Part shown: positions 1 to 8,588 of the stretch, piece after piece | How positions within the stretch are numbered: the stretch's first letter is position 1 | Layout of the letters: each line of letters starts with the position of its first letter | NCBI GenBank assembly: GCA_964458565.1 | Contig: CAYWJO010000002.1 | Location: 190,335 to 216,811, forward strand | From: an uncultured archaeon | Lineage (GTDB): Archaea > Asgardarchaeota > Thorarchaeia > Thorarchaeales > Thorarchaeaceae | Direction: 5' to 3' | DNA: 26,477 nucleotides | The notes under the pieces: generated by a model | The model's input: the letters and a program-made list of their open reading frames with translations, nothing else | Database searches by the model: none | Told to the model about the DNA's origin: nothing | Made by a program: the position numbers and the translations under genes

Positions 1-769
1 TGAAAAAATGGCACTTGATTGGATAAATACCGGAATCTCTATGGTACAACATACTGGTCATCCATTAATATTACAGATATATGGACGAACTGAGAAAGCC
101 ATTGAACGTCATATCCTTTGGGTTTCTGAGAACTTCGATGGACCCTTCATGTTTGAGTCAATCAATTCAAAAACTAGGATACGTGGAATAGAGTTGTGTC
201 AAGAGGTAGGTCTCTCAGATCGCGCTATCTTCAACTCAATCAACATCTCTATGAAACCTGAGGAAGAAGTTGCGCTCAGGAACAGTCCACTTGAAACTGC
301 CGTTGTCTTGGGATGGTCTCCAAAGGCAACAAGTCTTGAAGAGCGGATGAATATCATTAAAGAACAAATTTCCGTGGCAAATCAAATTGGTGTGAAGAAT
401 GTAATTGTTGATCCTGGGACAATGCCTGTCGGAGCAGGCTACGGTCTTGAACATCGAACACTTCTTGCCATCAAAACAGAACTTGGTCGACCCACATGTC
501 TTGCTCCTCACAATGCACCGTCTGCGTGGAATTTTATCAGGCAATCTGAGTTCAATAATGAGTCAATTCATTTAGCTACTGTCGTAGCGTCAAGCATAGC
601 AGCTCAACTTTTTGCATCAGATTGCATCATGTATGGTTCTATGATTCGTACAAAAGAGGTATTCACCTCGGTGGCTTTGATTGGGAATGCCATATCATCA
701 GCTATTGCAGAAGCAAATCATGTGCTTGGACTTGATAGAGATCTGTTTGATCCTCCAACATTTCAATAG
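1..769 (+). CDS. mtrH: MtrH-family methyltetrahydromethanopterin/folate:corrinoid methyltransferase, paralog 1 (5'-truncated by window edge)
   Basis: Motifs EVGLSDRAIFNSIN, VIVDPGT and PHNAPSAW are colinear with the 1477..2412 protein. The frame is open back to position 2 and the roughly 50 N-terminal residues of the paralog are absent, so the true start is probably upstream of the window. Confidence 0.85.
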   Translation, partial: EKMALDWINTGISMVQHTGHPLILQIYGRTEKAIERHILWVSENFDGPFMFESINSKTRIRGIELCQEVGLSDRAIFNSINISMKPEEEVALRNSPLETAVVLGWSPKATSLEERMNIIKEQISVANQIGVKNVIVDPGTMPVGAGYGLEHRTLLAIKTELGRPTCLAPHNAPSAWNFIRQSEFNNESIHLATVVASSIAAQLFASDCIMYGSMIRTKEVFTSVALIGNAISSAIAEANHVLGLDRDLFDPPTFQ

Positions 770-777
770 GTGATATA

Positions 778-1473
778 ATGAATCGTACTTCAGATTCTGA
801 ATGGCCTCCTGTATCAGGTGATTTTGTTGTGGGCGACTCTAAGGGGTGTGTTGCTATTTGCACTCTTGGAAAGAGACTTGATGTTGACTGCAATTACGCG
901 ATTATCGGAACATGCAAGACTGAAAACATTGGTATCGAACGAATTATAGTGAATACTATATCCAATGTGTCAATCCGTTTTTTGATATTAGCTGGTCCTG
1001 AAATACCAGGTCATCTCACCGGACAGACACTAAGGTCTCTTTATGAGGGTGGTATTGACTCTGACACGAAACGTATTATTGATGCAAAGGGAGCAATACC
1101 ATATATTGAGAATGTCCCCCTTGAAGCGGTTGAACGCTTTAGGAAACAAGTGACGTTAGTTGATATGCTAAATAATCTCGATGTACAAGAGATTGCACTG
1201 ATGGCTGAGCAGTTGAATCAGAAGAATCCTGGAGCATTTCCTGAACCAGAAATCTGGGTTGAATTCAAAGCTAAGTCCAAACGGAAGAGACCAATAATTA
1301 CTGGGGCGGGTATTGATATTCTTCCGGAGTATGGAGTGACATATAATCCGTTGACATCACTAGTATCAGGTAAGGCTGCTGGTGCTGTGGTTTCAATTCA
1401 TCCATCAAGTGTTGTAATTACAGTATCTTCAGGTGACGAAGAAGGTCACCTCATTACAGGAAAGGAGTTGTAA
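778..1473 (+). CDS. mtrA: MtrA-family corrinoid protein lacking the C-terminal TM anchor, with a soluble C-terminal extension
   Basis: WPPVSGDFVVGD, VAICTLG, GTCKTENIGIERIIVNTISN.SIRFLILAG, GHLTGQ (His cobalt ligand) and GAIPYIEN. GGTGA RBS just upstream. Confidence 0.92.
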   Translation: MNRTSDSEWPPVSGDFVVGDSKGCVAICTLGKRLDVDCNYAIIGTCKTENIGIERIIVNTISNVSIRFLILAGPEIPGHLTGQTLRSLYEGGIDSDTKRIIDAKGAIPYIENVPLEAVERFRKQVTLVDMLNNLDVQEIALMAEQLNQKNPGAFPEPEIWVEFKAKSKRKRPIITGAGIDILPEYGVTYNPLTSLVSGKAAGAVVSIHPSSVVITVSSGDEEGHLITGKEL

Positions 1474-1476
1474 ATA

Positions 1477-2412
1477 GTGTTCATCTTTGAGAAAGAACAA
1501 CAGATTTATGATATTGCTGGCGTCAAAATCGGGGGAAATCCCGGCGAAAACCCAACTGTACTAGCTGGTACAATATTCTACGATGGGGATAAGATTGTAA
1601 CTGATGCAGAGTACGGTGAGTTCGATAAGAATCAAGCTGAATTGATGATTGGTAAACAAAATGAGCTCTCATCAACTACTGGGAACCCAGCATTAGTTCA
1701 AATTTATGCAGGGACATCGGATGCTCTCATAAAGTATATAGACTTTGTAACAGATTGCACAGAATCTTCATTTCTAATCGATTCTACAACGCCTAGCGTT
1801 CGCCTCAATGGATTACGATATTGTGAGGAAGTCGGATTACTGGATCGAGCTATCTATAATTCTATTAATCTCTCCATAAGTGAAGAAGAAATCCAGGGAT
1901 TGACTGAAATTCAACACGATTGCGCGATAGTTCTTGCTTTCAATCCTCGAGACCCATCAGTTGCAGGTAGGAGAGCTGTACTCGAAGATGGCGGTGGACA
2001 AATTACCAAAGGTCTCTTGACGCTCTGTGAAGATATTGGTGTTACAAAACCGCTAATTGATACTGCAATCACTGCTATGGGAGCGGGTGCTGGTGCAGCA
2101 GCCGCCTTCACCTTCGTTGCAAAGACCATCTATGGCTTTCCAACTGGCTCCGGTGTTCACAATGCTCCTTCATCATGGCCCTGGCTTAGGGATATGAAGA
2201 AGAAAAACAAGGACATCTTTAGAACATGTGATATCGCATCAAACCTCATAGTGCAGACTTTAGGAGCTGACTATGTTCTTTATGGCCCCATTAAAAATGC
2301 GGAACTTGTTTTTCCAGCAGTAGCAATGGGTGATATATTTGCAGCTGAATCACTCTCCTTAGAAATGGGAATTGAACCTGTAGAAACACATCCTTATAGA
2401 AAACTTCTCTGA
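1477..2412 (+). CDS. mtrH: MtrH-family methyltransferase, paralog 2 (full length)
   Basis: Canonical MtrH N-terminus MFIFEKEQ...GVKIGGNPGENPTVLAGTIFY, then FLIDST, RAIYNSIN, GSGVHNAPSSW, GADYVLYGPI. GTG start. Confidence 0.93.
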   Translation: MFIFEKEQQIYDIAGVKIGGNPGENPTVLAGTIFYDGDKIVTDAEYGEFDKNQAELMIGKQNELSSTTGNPALVQIYAGTSDALIKYIDFVTDCTESSFLIDSTTPSVRLNGLRYCEEVGLLDRAIYNSINLSISEEEIQGLTEIQHDCAIVLAFNPRDPSVAGRRAVLEDGGGQITKGLLTLCEDIGVTKPLIDTAITAMGAGAGAAAAFTFVAKTIYGFPTGSGVHNAPSSWPWLRDMKKKNKDIFRTCDIASNLIVQTLGADYVLYGPIKNAELVFPAVAMGDIFAAESLSLEMGIEPVETHPYRKLL

Positions 2413-2415
2413 GGT

Positions 2416-3828
2416 ATGAAAATAGTGGTCGCATCCGGACGCGTTATTCGCCCTAAGCATATCGGACCTAGTTCTCTAAGATATGGACCATTCTATACAG
2501 TTGCTTCTGTGGAGTTGGGAAATAGCACAACCAAATGTATCCTGATGTCTACAAATCTTGAAAGCGCTGAGGTCTTTGAAATCGAAAAGGAAGTTAGGAT
2601 GACCCGAGATATTCGACCACCTAAAGATAATGAGGTCGTATTTGGAAAAACATTGGTAGGTGTCCCTCTCAGTAAAGAAGCAGTTTCAGAATTTATTAAT
2701 GACATAATAACAACAGTACTGAAGAAAGCACGAATACGAATCGAGTCAGATCTTCATTTTGTTGTTAGGTCTACAGGTGTTAACGCGAGTTTTGCATCAC
2801 CATCAGAGGTTGGTGCAATTGTAAAATCTCTTGCAGATGGATGCTTAGATGCTGGGATTCCACCAAGAAAAATGACTGCATCGTTAGCAGTAGAAAATCT
2901 ACCTCCTGGACTTCGGGATTATAGCTGGTTGAAGAAAGTCTATTTTGATGGTGCAGTTGCAGCATCTCTACCTCCTGCAGAAACTGATGTTGTGGCAAAT
3001 GAAATGGAAGGCGAACTTGTGACAGCTGGTTTGAAGGGGGCTGCAAAGAGTACAAATATTGATTTTAGAAATCCGGTCATGACACTTGATTTTGGAACAA
3101 CACTCGCAGGCAGGATCACTGACAACTCGTTTCCATATGCTAAAACTGTTGGTTCTTTCGCTGGTTTGGCAGGTGCTATTCCTGATGCGATAGTTCAAGG
3201 CACTAGTCTTGTGGAAGGTGACACAGGATGCACTTTAGATTTAGCAACCTCTCGACCTCGTTCAAATGATTCTATTGACGAACACTGGGTTGAAAGAGCA
3301 CATCGATTGATACGAGTAGGTATAGTTCCGAAAGGTTCGAATCGATTCGGTACGGTTCCGGTTAATACCAAGGCTGCAGAAAATTCCGGACTTGTGCTAA
3401 TCGGTGTAGATGTTGGTGATAATGGCTCCGAATTGGGTGGGTTGAAAAAACTCGGATCCGACCTCGAAGCAACTAGTAGGATTGATGAAATACTCATAAT
3501 AATTGACAATATTCAAGCCCATTTAGTACAACGCATCGTATCAGTAGCGTCATCAGCGAATCTTATTCTCCCGGAAACATCACTAGGATTAACCGGTCGT
3601 GCAATTACCACCGGTACTAAGCCTCGAATAATTTCCAAGAAACTACGGATTAACGACAAATCATGGACTGACACTCATCACCTCTTATTTGTTGAAGATG
3701 GTTTAGCTATTGGGGCTGCTGTTGCCGCAAGATGCATGAACTCACTTGGCACTCGTACAAATCCAATGGGTGGCCGGAAAGGTGATGGATGTATAATGGG
3801 TGCAAGAATGAATCTTCAGAAGAAGTAG
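2416..3828 (+). CDS. 'Methanogenesis marker 14' family protein (DUF2114-like); ASKHA-type ATPase motifs
   Basis: YTVASVELGNSTTKCIL, LHFVVRSTGV, VANEMEGELVTAG, LDFGTTLAGRIT, GLAGAIPDAI, VEDGLAIGAAVAARCMNSLGT..NPMGG..G.GCI are the motifs I recall for this family. Confidence 0.8.
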   Translation: MKIVVASGRVIRPKHIGPSSLRYGPFYTVASVELGNSTTKCILMSTNLESAEVFEIEKEVRMTRDIRPPKDNEVVFGKTLVGVPLSKEAVSEFINDIITTVLKKARIRIESDLHFVVRSTGVNASFASPSEVGAIVKSLADGCLDAGIPPRKMTASLAVENLPPGLRDYSWLKKVYFDGAVAASLPPAETDVVANEMEGELVTAGLKGAAKSTNIDFRNPVMTLDFGTTLAGRITDNSFPYAKTVGSFAGLAGAIPDAIVQGTSLVEGDTGCTLDLATSRPRSNDSIDEHWVERAHRLIRVGIVPKGSNRFGTVPVNTKAAENSGLVLIGVDVGDNGSELGGLKKLGSDLEATSRIDEILIIIDNIQAHLVQRIVSVASSANLILPETSLGLTGRAITTGTKPRIISKKLRINDKSWTDTHHLLFVEDGLAIGAAVAARCMNSLGTRTNPMGGRKGDGCIMGARMNLQKK

Positions 3829-3879
3829 CTAATCTGTTTTCAATACAAAACAAGTAGAGCAATTTCCAAGATATTTCTT

Positions 3880-6222
3880 CTATCCTTTAGATGATTTTTT
3901 GCCTCTTATTATAATTATAATCAAAATAACAGCACTCCCGACACCTAGAGCTATAATCAGTAGAGGTATCAACTCATTAGGCAAAGGAGTATTTGATGAG
4001 GTTGACGTTGTAGTGCCAATCTGAGTGGAGGATGTTGGCTGCGTGTATGTTGTATAAGTCGATGATGTTATGGAAACCGATGTTGTCGAGACCGTTCCTG
4101 AAGGGGTAGTTACAGAACTCGGCGTTGTGGTCGTTGTCGTGGTCGGTCTTGTAGGAACCCATGAAACTGTTACATTCACCATATCCTCAGCAGAATTTCC
4201 TCCAACATCATACACAACGCATATCCAAGTATGAGCTCCTATTGATAATCCATCTACTGGAACAACTATCTCTGCTCCATCCCAATCAACAGTCACCCAT
4301 AGCATACCATTATAGTATATCTCATATACGGCGGGATGAAGATCAAACGGTGTCCATGTGATGTTGAATCCAGTTTCACCAAATATGTATGCAATGTCAT
4401 CAGGAGCATCAATGGTTGGATTAGTTCCATCAAAAACTATCACGTCCACGTTATCATCTATGGAATTTCCAGATTCGTCCCATATTGTGCATGTATAGGT
4501 ATAATTACCAAATTCAAGACCATCAAGCGAAATTATTACAGTATCACTTCCATGCGTCGCATTCAGAATGTTAGTTCTTACCAAGATTCCATCGCGATGA
4601 ATTTCATAGTAGTCGAGAAATAAGTCAAAGGTGGTCCAATTCAGCTGGTGTCCTGTCTCTCCCTCTCTGAAAACAACCGTATCCATATTATTGATTATTG
4701 GACTTGTTGTGTCTTCGATAGTGACCCAAGTTGTATCTGAAGCCTCGTTGCCTCCTAAATCATCTACTAGGATTGTAAAATTATAGACACCAATTCCCGG
4801 GAGAATAAATTGAGGACTCCATGAGATATTCTCTCCAGACGCCCAATTACCACTGTCGATCTCATTTCCATCTCTGAATATCCAATAATGATTTGGATGC
4901 TTATCTGTTGGTTTCCAAACAACCTCTAGGAAGGGATTCGCTACCTCAAAGGAAAAATCCTCCTGATGTGGTATAATAGGCGGAATGATATCATCTGCAT
5001 AGACGGTCACGTTGACAAAACTCTCAGCTATATTCCCAGCAGCATCCGTAAGAATTAGAGTATAATTGTAGAAACCTGGTGATAATCCTTCTAATTTCAA
5101 TATGAAACTATCATCGCACCACCATTGATGCATTTCCTGTGTATCGTTCATCATCAACGTAAGATTACCTGGATAAGAATCAAAATACTCCCAAGTCACC
5201 GCATGACCTATTTCACTCTCAAAGAAACTCATACTATTGGGCGATGAACTAAAGATAGGTGACAAATAGTCACTAAAAAGATTCGGATGATAATCTACTG
5301 CACCCGCAGATCCTTGTATATCAAAAAATCCCGACTCGTTCCAATCAGACCACGAATTACCTGTGTCTGTTGAATTCCATTTATTACTTGAATCCCCGTC
5401 ATCTAGAGCATTACTTGCACTCCATCCTAATTGATTGTGATGAATTTCATTATTATGGGCAGAACCATGAATCCAGATTCCATATTGTTCACATGAATGA
5501 ATCAGATTGTTATGTAATGCACCGGTAGCATTCTCAATTCGAATTCCTGCCCGACTAACATGATGAATTCTGTTGTAGTATATTTCGTGATTCAAAGTCC
5601 ATTGGAAGTAGATTCCATCACCATCGTTGATACAGGATATGTTGTTGTATGAAACTAGGGTTGAGTTTGCCATATATCCGAGTATTCCGTTTCCACAGTT
5701 GTAGATTGTGTTGCCCGTTACATTGGAATCTATACATTCCAAGAGCTTCATACCGCTACCTATGGTGTTATGAATTATGGAAGACTTGACTGTAACATTA
5801 CGAGATGCAGTTATTGATATTCCATCGCTGCGCTCTCTTACTATACAATTCTCAATGACACCATTTGTTACATTGTCAAATACAATCCCCAAATCAGATA
5901 CATGTCCCGTTGATCCTTGAACGAGTGTGTCCTTTATGATGAAGTGAGAATTCGTATTTGTGATAGATATACATGTATAACTTCCCACGGCGGTGATGTT
6001 TGCTCCCTCAAGAATATACGGGTTTGAATCCGAGCCATTTCCACTGAACCCGTAATATGAGAAATTGTCTTCATGAGTGATGAATACTGGTTCTTGTGCT
6101 GAATATTTCATTTCCTTCTTCATGTGCGTTTCGGATTTGGTAACATCAGTTTTTCCAATAAGAGGGAGTACAAGAATTATGAATAAACTTAGCATCAAGA
6201 TGGTATACCGACGACGCATCAA
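3880..6222 (-). CDS. Secreted, C-terminally anchored surface glycoprotein: parallel beta-helix (NosD/CASH-like) domain, Ig-like repeats, Ser/Thr-rich stalk
   Basis: Basic/hydrophobic signal peptide; G.GS.SNPYILEG followed by N..I..N/GI repeats; four repeats of the type 'G.YNYT....D..GN...D.V.V.V.D...P'; Thr/Ser-rich linker, TM helix and basic tail; many N-X-S/T sequons. Confidence 0.8.
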   Translation of the reverse strand: MMRRRYTILMLSLFIILVLPLIGKTDVTKSETHMKKEMKYSAQEPVFITHEDNFSYYGFSGNGSDSNPYILEGANITAVGSYTCISITNTNSHFIIKDTLVQGSTGHVSDLGIVFDNVTNGVIENCIVRERSDGISITASRNVTVKSSIIHNTIGSGMKLLECIDSNVTGNTIYNCGNGILGYMANSTLVSYNNISCINDGDGIYFQWTLNHEIYYNRIHHVSRAGIRIENATGALHNNLIHSCEQYGIWIHGSAHNNEIHHNQLGWSASNALDDGDSSNKWNSTDTGNSWSDWNESGFFDIQGSAGAVDYHPNLFSDYLSPIFSSSPNSMSFFESEIGHAVTWEYFDSYPGNLTLMMNDTQEMHQWWCDDSFILKLEGLSPGFYNYTLILTDAAGNIAESFVNVTVYADDIIPPIIPHQEDFSFEVANPFLEVVWKPTDKHPNHYWIFRDGNEIDSGNWASGENISWSPQFILPGIGVYNFTILVDDLGGNEASDTTWVTIEDTTSPIINNMDTVVFREGETGHQLNWTTFDLFLDYYEIHRDGILVRTNILNATHGSDTVIISLDGLEFGNYTYTCTIWDESGNSIDDNVDVIVFDGTNPTIDAPDDIAYIFGETGFNITWTPFDLHPAVYEIYYNGMLWVTVDWDGAEIVVPVDGLSIGAHTWICVVYDVGGNSAEDMVNVTVSWVPTRPTTTTTTTPSSVTTPSGTVSTTSVSITSSTYTTYTQPTSSTQIGTTTSTSSNTPLPNELIPLLIIALGVGSAVILIIIIIRGKKSSKG
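3990..4160 (-). repeat. Low-complexity Thr/Ser/Pro-rich stalk coding region
   Basis: Encodes PTRPTTTTTTTPSSVTTPSGTVSTTSVSITSSTYTTYTQPTSSTQIGTTTSTSS. Confidence 0.75.
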
Positions 6223-6341
6223 TTTGGCTCCTCAATTGTACTGTTGCAGGAATGATGGCGTTAAATCATTTTAGTTTCAAGAAACTGCTTTCGCCATATC
6301 TTTATCAGAATTATAACTCTGCAATATTAACGGAGATCAGA

Positions 6342-7121
6342 TTGATTGTATTCCCCATTAAGACAAGGACCATTACTCAAGACGATACTATCTTAGATAT
6401 TTTGCTAGAAGGGATTGATACTGCTCATGAAGAGCTGAGGGATGGCGATATTCTCGGAATCGCTGAAACTCCTCTTGGTACTACTGAGGGACAAGTAGTT
6501 GAACTGAAGAGTGTTGAAGTGACGGATTCAGCTAGAGTCCTAGCAGAAAAGTATACCTTAATCCCAGAGGTTGCACAGCTTATAATCGACGAAGCTGATG
6601 AGATTCTTGGTGGAATTCCTCATGTTGTGCTAACAATCAAGAATAACACACTCATGGCTAATGCAGGAGTTGACAAATCCAATGTGCCTGTTGGATATGC
6701 TTCTCTCCTTCCCAAAGACCCTCGAAAAAGTGCAGAGCGTGTTCGAACAGAGGTCAAAGAACGATTGGGTCTGAATATCGGAGTGATTGTGATTGACAGT
6801 AGAACACAACCGCTTAGGTTGGGTAATATTGGACTCGCTCTAGGGGTTGCAGGATTCAAGCCTGTAGCTGATGATCGTGGAAGAAATGATTTGTTTGGAA
6901 ATGTTATGAGAATCACCCGTCGCGCAATAGCTGATAATCTGGCATCCGCATGCACTGCGGTTATGGGGGAATCAGACGAATCGATACCTGCTGCATTAAT
7001 ACGCGATGCTCCTGTTGAACCTATTGATGCGTCATTTGATTCTTCCGAGATGTGGATTGCTCCGGAAGAGTGCATGTATATGGCCATATTCGACCAATGG
7101 CGGAAAGATAGTGCGATATAG
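6342..7121 (+). CDS. cofE: Coenzyme F420-0:L-glutamate ligase
   Basis: LRDGDILGIAET...EG, MANAGVDKSN, LLPKDP..SA, GVIVIDSRTQPLRLG, DLFG..MRIT, ADNLAS, MGESDESIPAALIR. The likely start is TTG at 6342 after GGAG (6332-6335), not the ATG at 6252. Confidence 0.88.
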   Translation: MIVFPIKTRTITQDDTILDILLEGIDTAHEELRDGDILGIAETPLGTTEGQVVELKSVEVTDSARVLAEKYTLIPEVAQLIIDEADEILGGIPHVVLTIKNNTLMANAGVDKSNVPVGYASLLPKDPRKSAERVRTEVKERLGLNIGVIVIDSRTQPLRLGNIGLALGVAGFKPVADDRGRNDLFGNVMRITRRAIADNLASACTAVMGESDESIPAALIRDAPVEPIDASFDSSEMWIAPEECMYMAIFDQWRKDSAI

Positions 7122-7256
7122 CACATTCAGACAATGTTCATAAAAGGTAATCCGGAGTATTAGATACTGTAGTACACATCCTACGTGCAAGAAAGAAAGA
7201 AAAGTAGTGTTCAATGAATGGACATCTACGAAGGGAAATAAGGAGACTGAATAAAT

Positions 7257-8579
7257 TTGGGGAAAAAGGACGTGCTTTTTGATGTATCGAAAGCAGGTGC
7301 ATCTGGAGACATGTTCCTTTCAGCACTCATTGCACTCTTAGATGATGAGGATTTGTTCGTCCCAGTCGCTGCCAGTCTTCTGATATATGATCCTTCTTTA
7401 AGAGTAAAGGTACATACTGAATCATCAGGTGAGGTCACCGGGAAGCGTTTGGAAGTAAGTCAAGATAGTAAAATCCGCCTTACACCTGATACACTCTCTG
7501 AGGTATTAACAGTTGTTTCAGAAGAGTTGGAACTTAGTAAAGATGCAACATCTCTCGCTCGGAAAGCGTTGAACATTCTCTTGAAAGCAGAGAGTGAAGC
7601 TCATGGTGTGCCAATTGCAGAGGTTCATCTGCATGAACTAGGATCCGTTGATACAATCATGGACCTTGTGGGTGTCCTATTTCTTCTTGAGAAAGCCGAC
7701 CTCTTGGGAAAAGCTTCATTCTTTAGCACGAAGGTAGCTGTTGGATCCGGAAAGATACAGACAGAACACGGAGAACTTGATGTACCGGTTCCAGCTGTGA
7801 AGGCAATACTTGATACTCACAACATTCCTTATCATGCTGGAGATGTAAAAACCGAAACGCTAACACCAACAGGTGCTGCATTGTTGGCTGTTCTTGTTGA
7901 AAAATACGTAGAGTCAATGGATTCATTTTCCGATGAGAATGTTGGTGTAGGATTTGGCTCACGAGATCTCAAGGTTGTACCAAATACACTATGCATTCGA
8001 GTTGGGTCAATGAAAGATGAACCACCCAAGAAAAAGACTGAAGAGAAACCATCAAAACGAGATGTGACCACCAAAGGAAAAACACAGGAGATGACGATCA
8101 AAGTGGACGGTTGGGAAACTGACGAGGTTATTGTATTAGAAACTAACGTTGATGACGCTGATGGTGAGATTTTGGGCAATCTCTTTGAAACCCTAACCGA
8201 GAACAATCTTGCCTTGGATGTAATTATGATTCCTGCATTTGGAAAGAAGAATCGACCTTGCATATTAGTGAAAGTTCTCACAACCGCCGCTAATACGAAT
8301 GCAGTAGCTGACATTCTGATACGACATCTCGGCGCCTTAGGTGTAAGATATCAGACCTGGAATCGAATTAAGGCATCCCGGGAAATGATTGTCTGTAAGA
8401 TGGATATTGATAACAGGGAATACATGGTTCGCGTGAAAATATCTCGTAGTTCAGATGGTAGTATCGTGAATATCAAACCTGAAGCTGATGATGTCATCAG
8501 AGTAGCTCAAATAACTGGGATCCCGATACGAGAGTTGAAACCCCGAATCATACTTCAGGCTCATGCCATCACGGAATAG
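7257..8579 (+). CDS. larC: LarC-family nickel insertion protein (nickel-pincer cofactor biosynthesis)
   Basis: AGASGDM, AESEAHG...VHLHELGSVDT, HGELDVPVPA, LTPTGAALL, G.GFG.RD, LETNVDD..GE, KKNRP, RVK and KPEADD. TTG start after GGAG. Confidence 0.88.
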   Translation: MGKKDVLFDVSKAGASGDMFLSALIALLDDEDLFVPVAASLLIYDPSLRVKVHTESSGEVTGKRLEVSQDSKIRLTPDTLSEVLTVVSEELELSKDATSLARKALNILLKAESEAHGVPIAEVHLHELGSVDTIMDLVGVLFLLEKADLLGKASFFSTKVAVGSGKIQTEHGELDVPVPAVKAILDTHNIPYHAGDVKTETLTPTGAALLAVLVEKYVESMDSFSDENVGVGFGSRDLKVVPNTLCIRVGSMKDEPPKKKTEEKPSKRDVTTKGKTQEMTIKVDGWETDEVIVLETNVDDADGEILGNLFETLTENNLALDVIMIPAFGKKNRPCILVKVLTTAANTNAVADILIRHLGALGVRYQTWNRIKASREMIVCKMDIDNREYMVRVKISRSSDGSIVNIKPEADDVIRVAQITGIPIRELKPRIILQAHAITE

Positions 8580-8588
8580 ATAAACACC

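Noticed and set aside
2410-2418. Selenocysteine readthrough at the mtrH TGA
   Set aside because: The TGA falls at the normal MtrH C-terminus, not at a catalytic Cys position, and I saw no SECIS-like hairpin.
236-3509. Short antisense ORFs over the mtr operon (236..544, 702..893, 1911..2129, 2493..3509 set)
   Set aside because: They are shadows of well-supported plus-strand genes and carry no recognisable motifs.
1-3828. Evidence that the organism is a methanogen
   Set aside because: There are no mcr or membrane mtr subunits in the window, and mtrA/mtrH and cofE occur in non-methanogenic archaea.
6252-6341. N-terminal 30 codons of the cofE ORF in the track
   Set aside because: They span the AT-rich divergent promoter gap; a TTG with RBS at 6342 fits the CofE N-terminus better.
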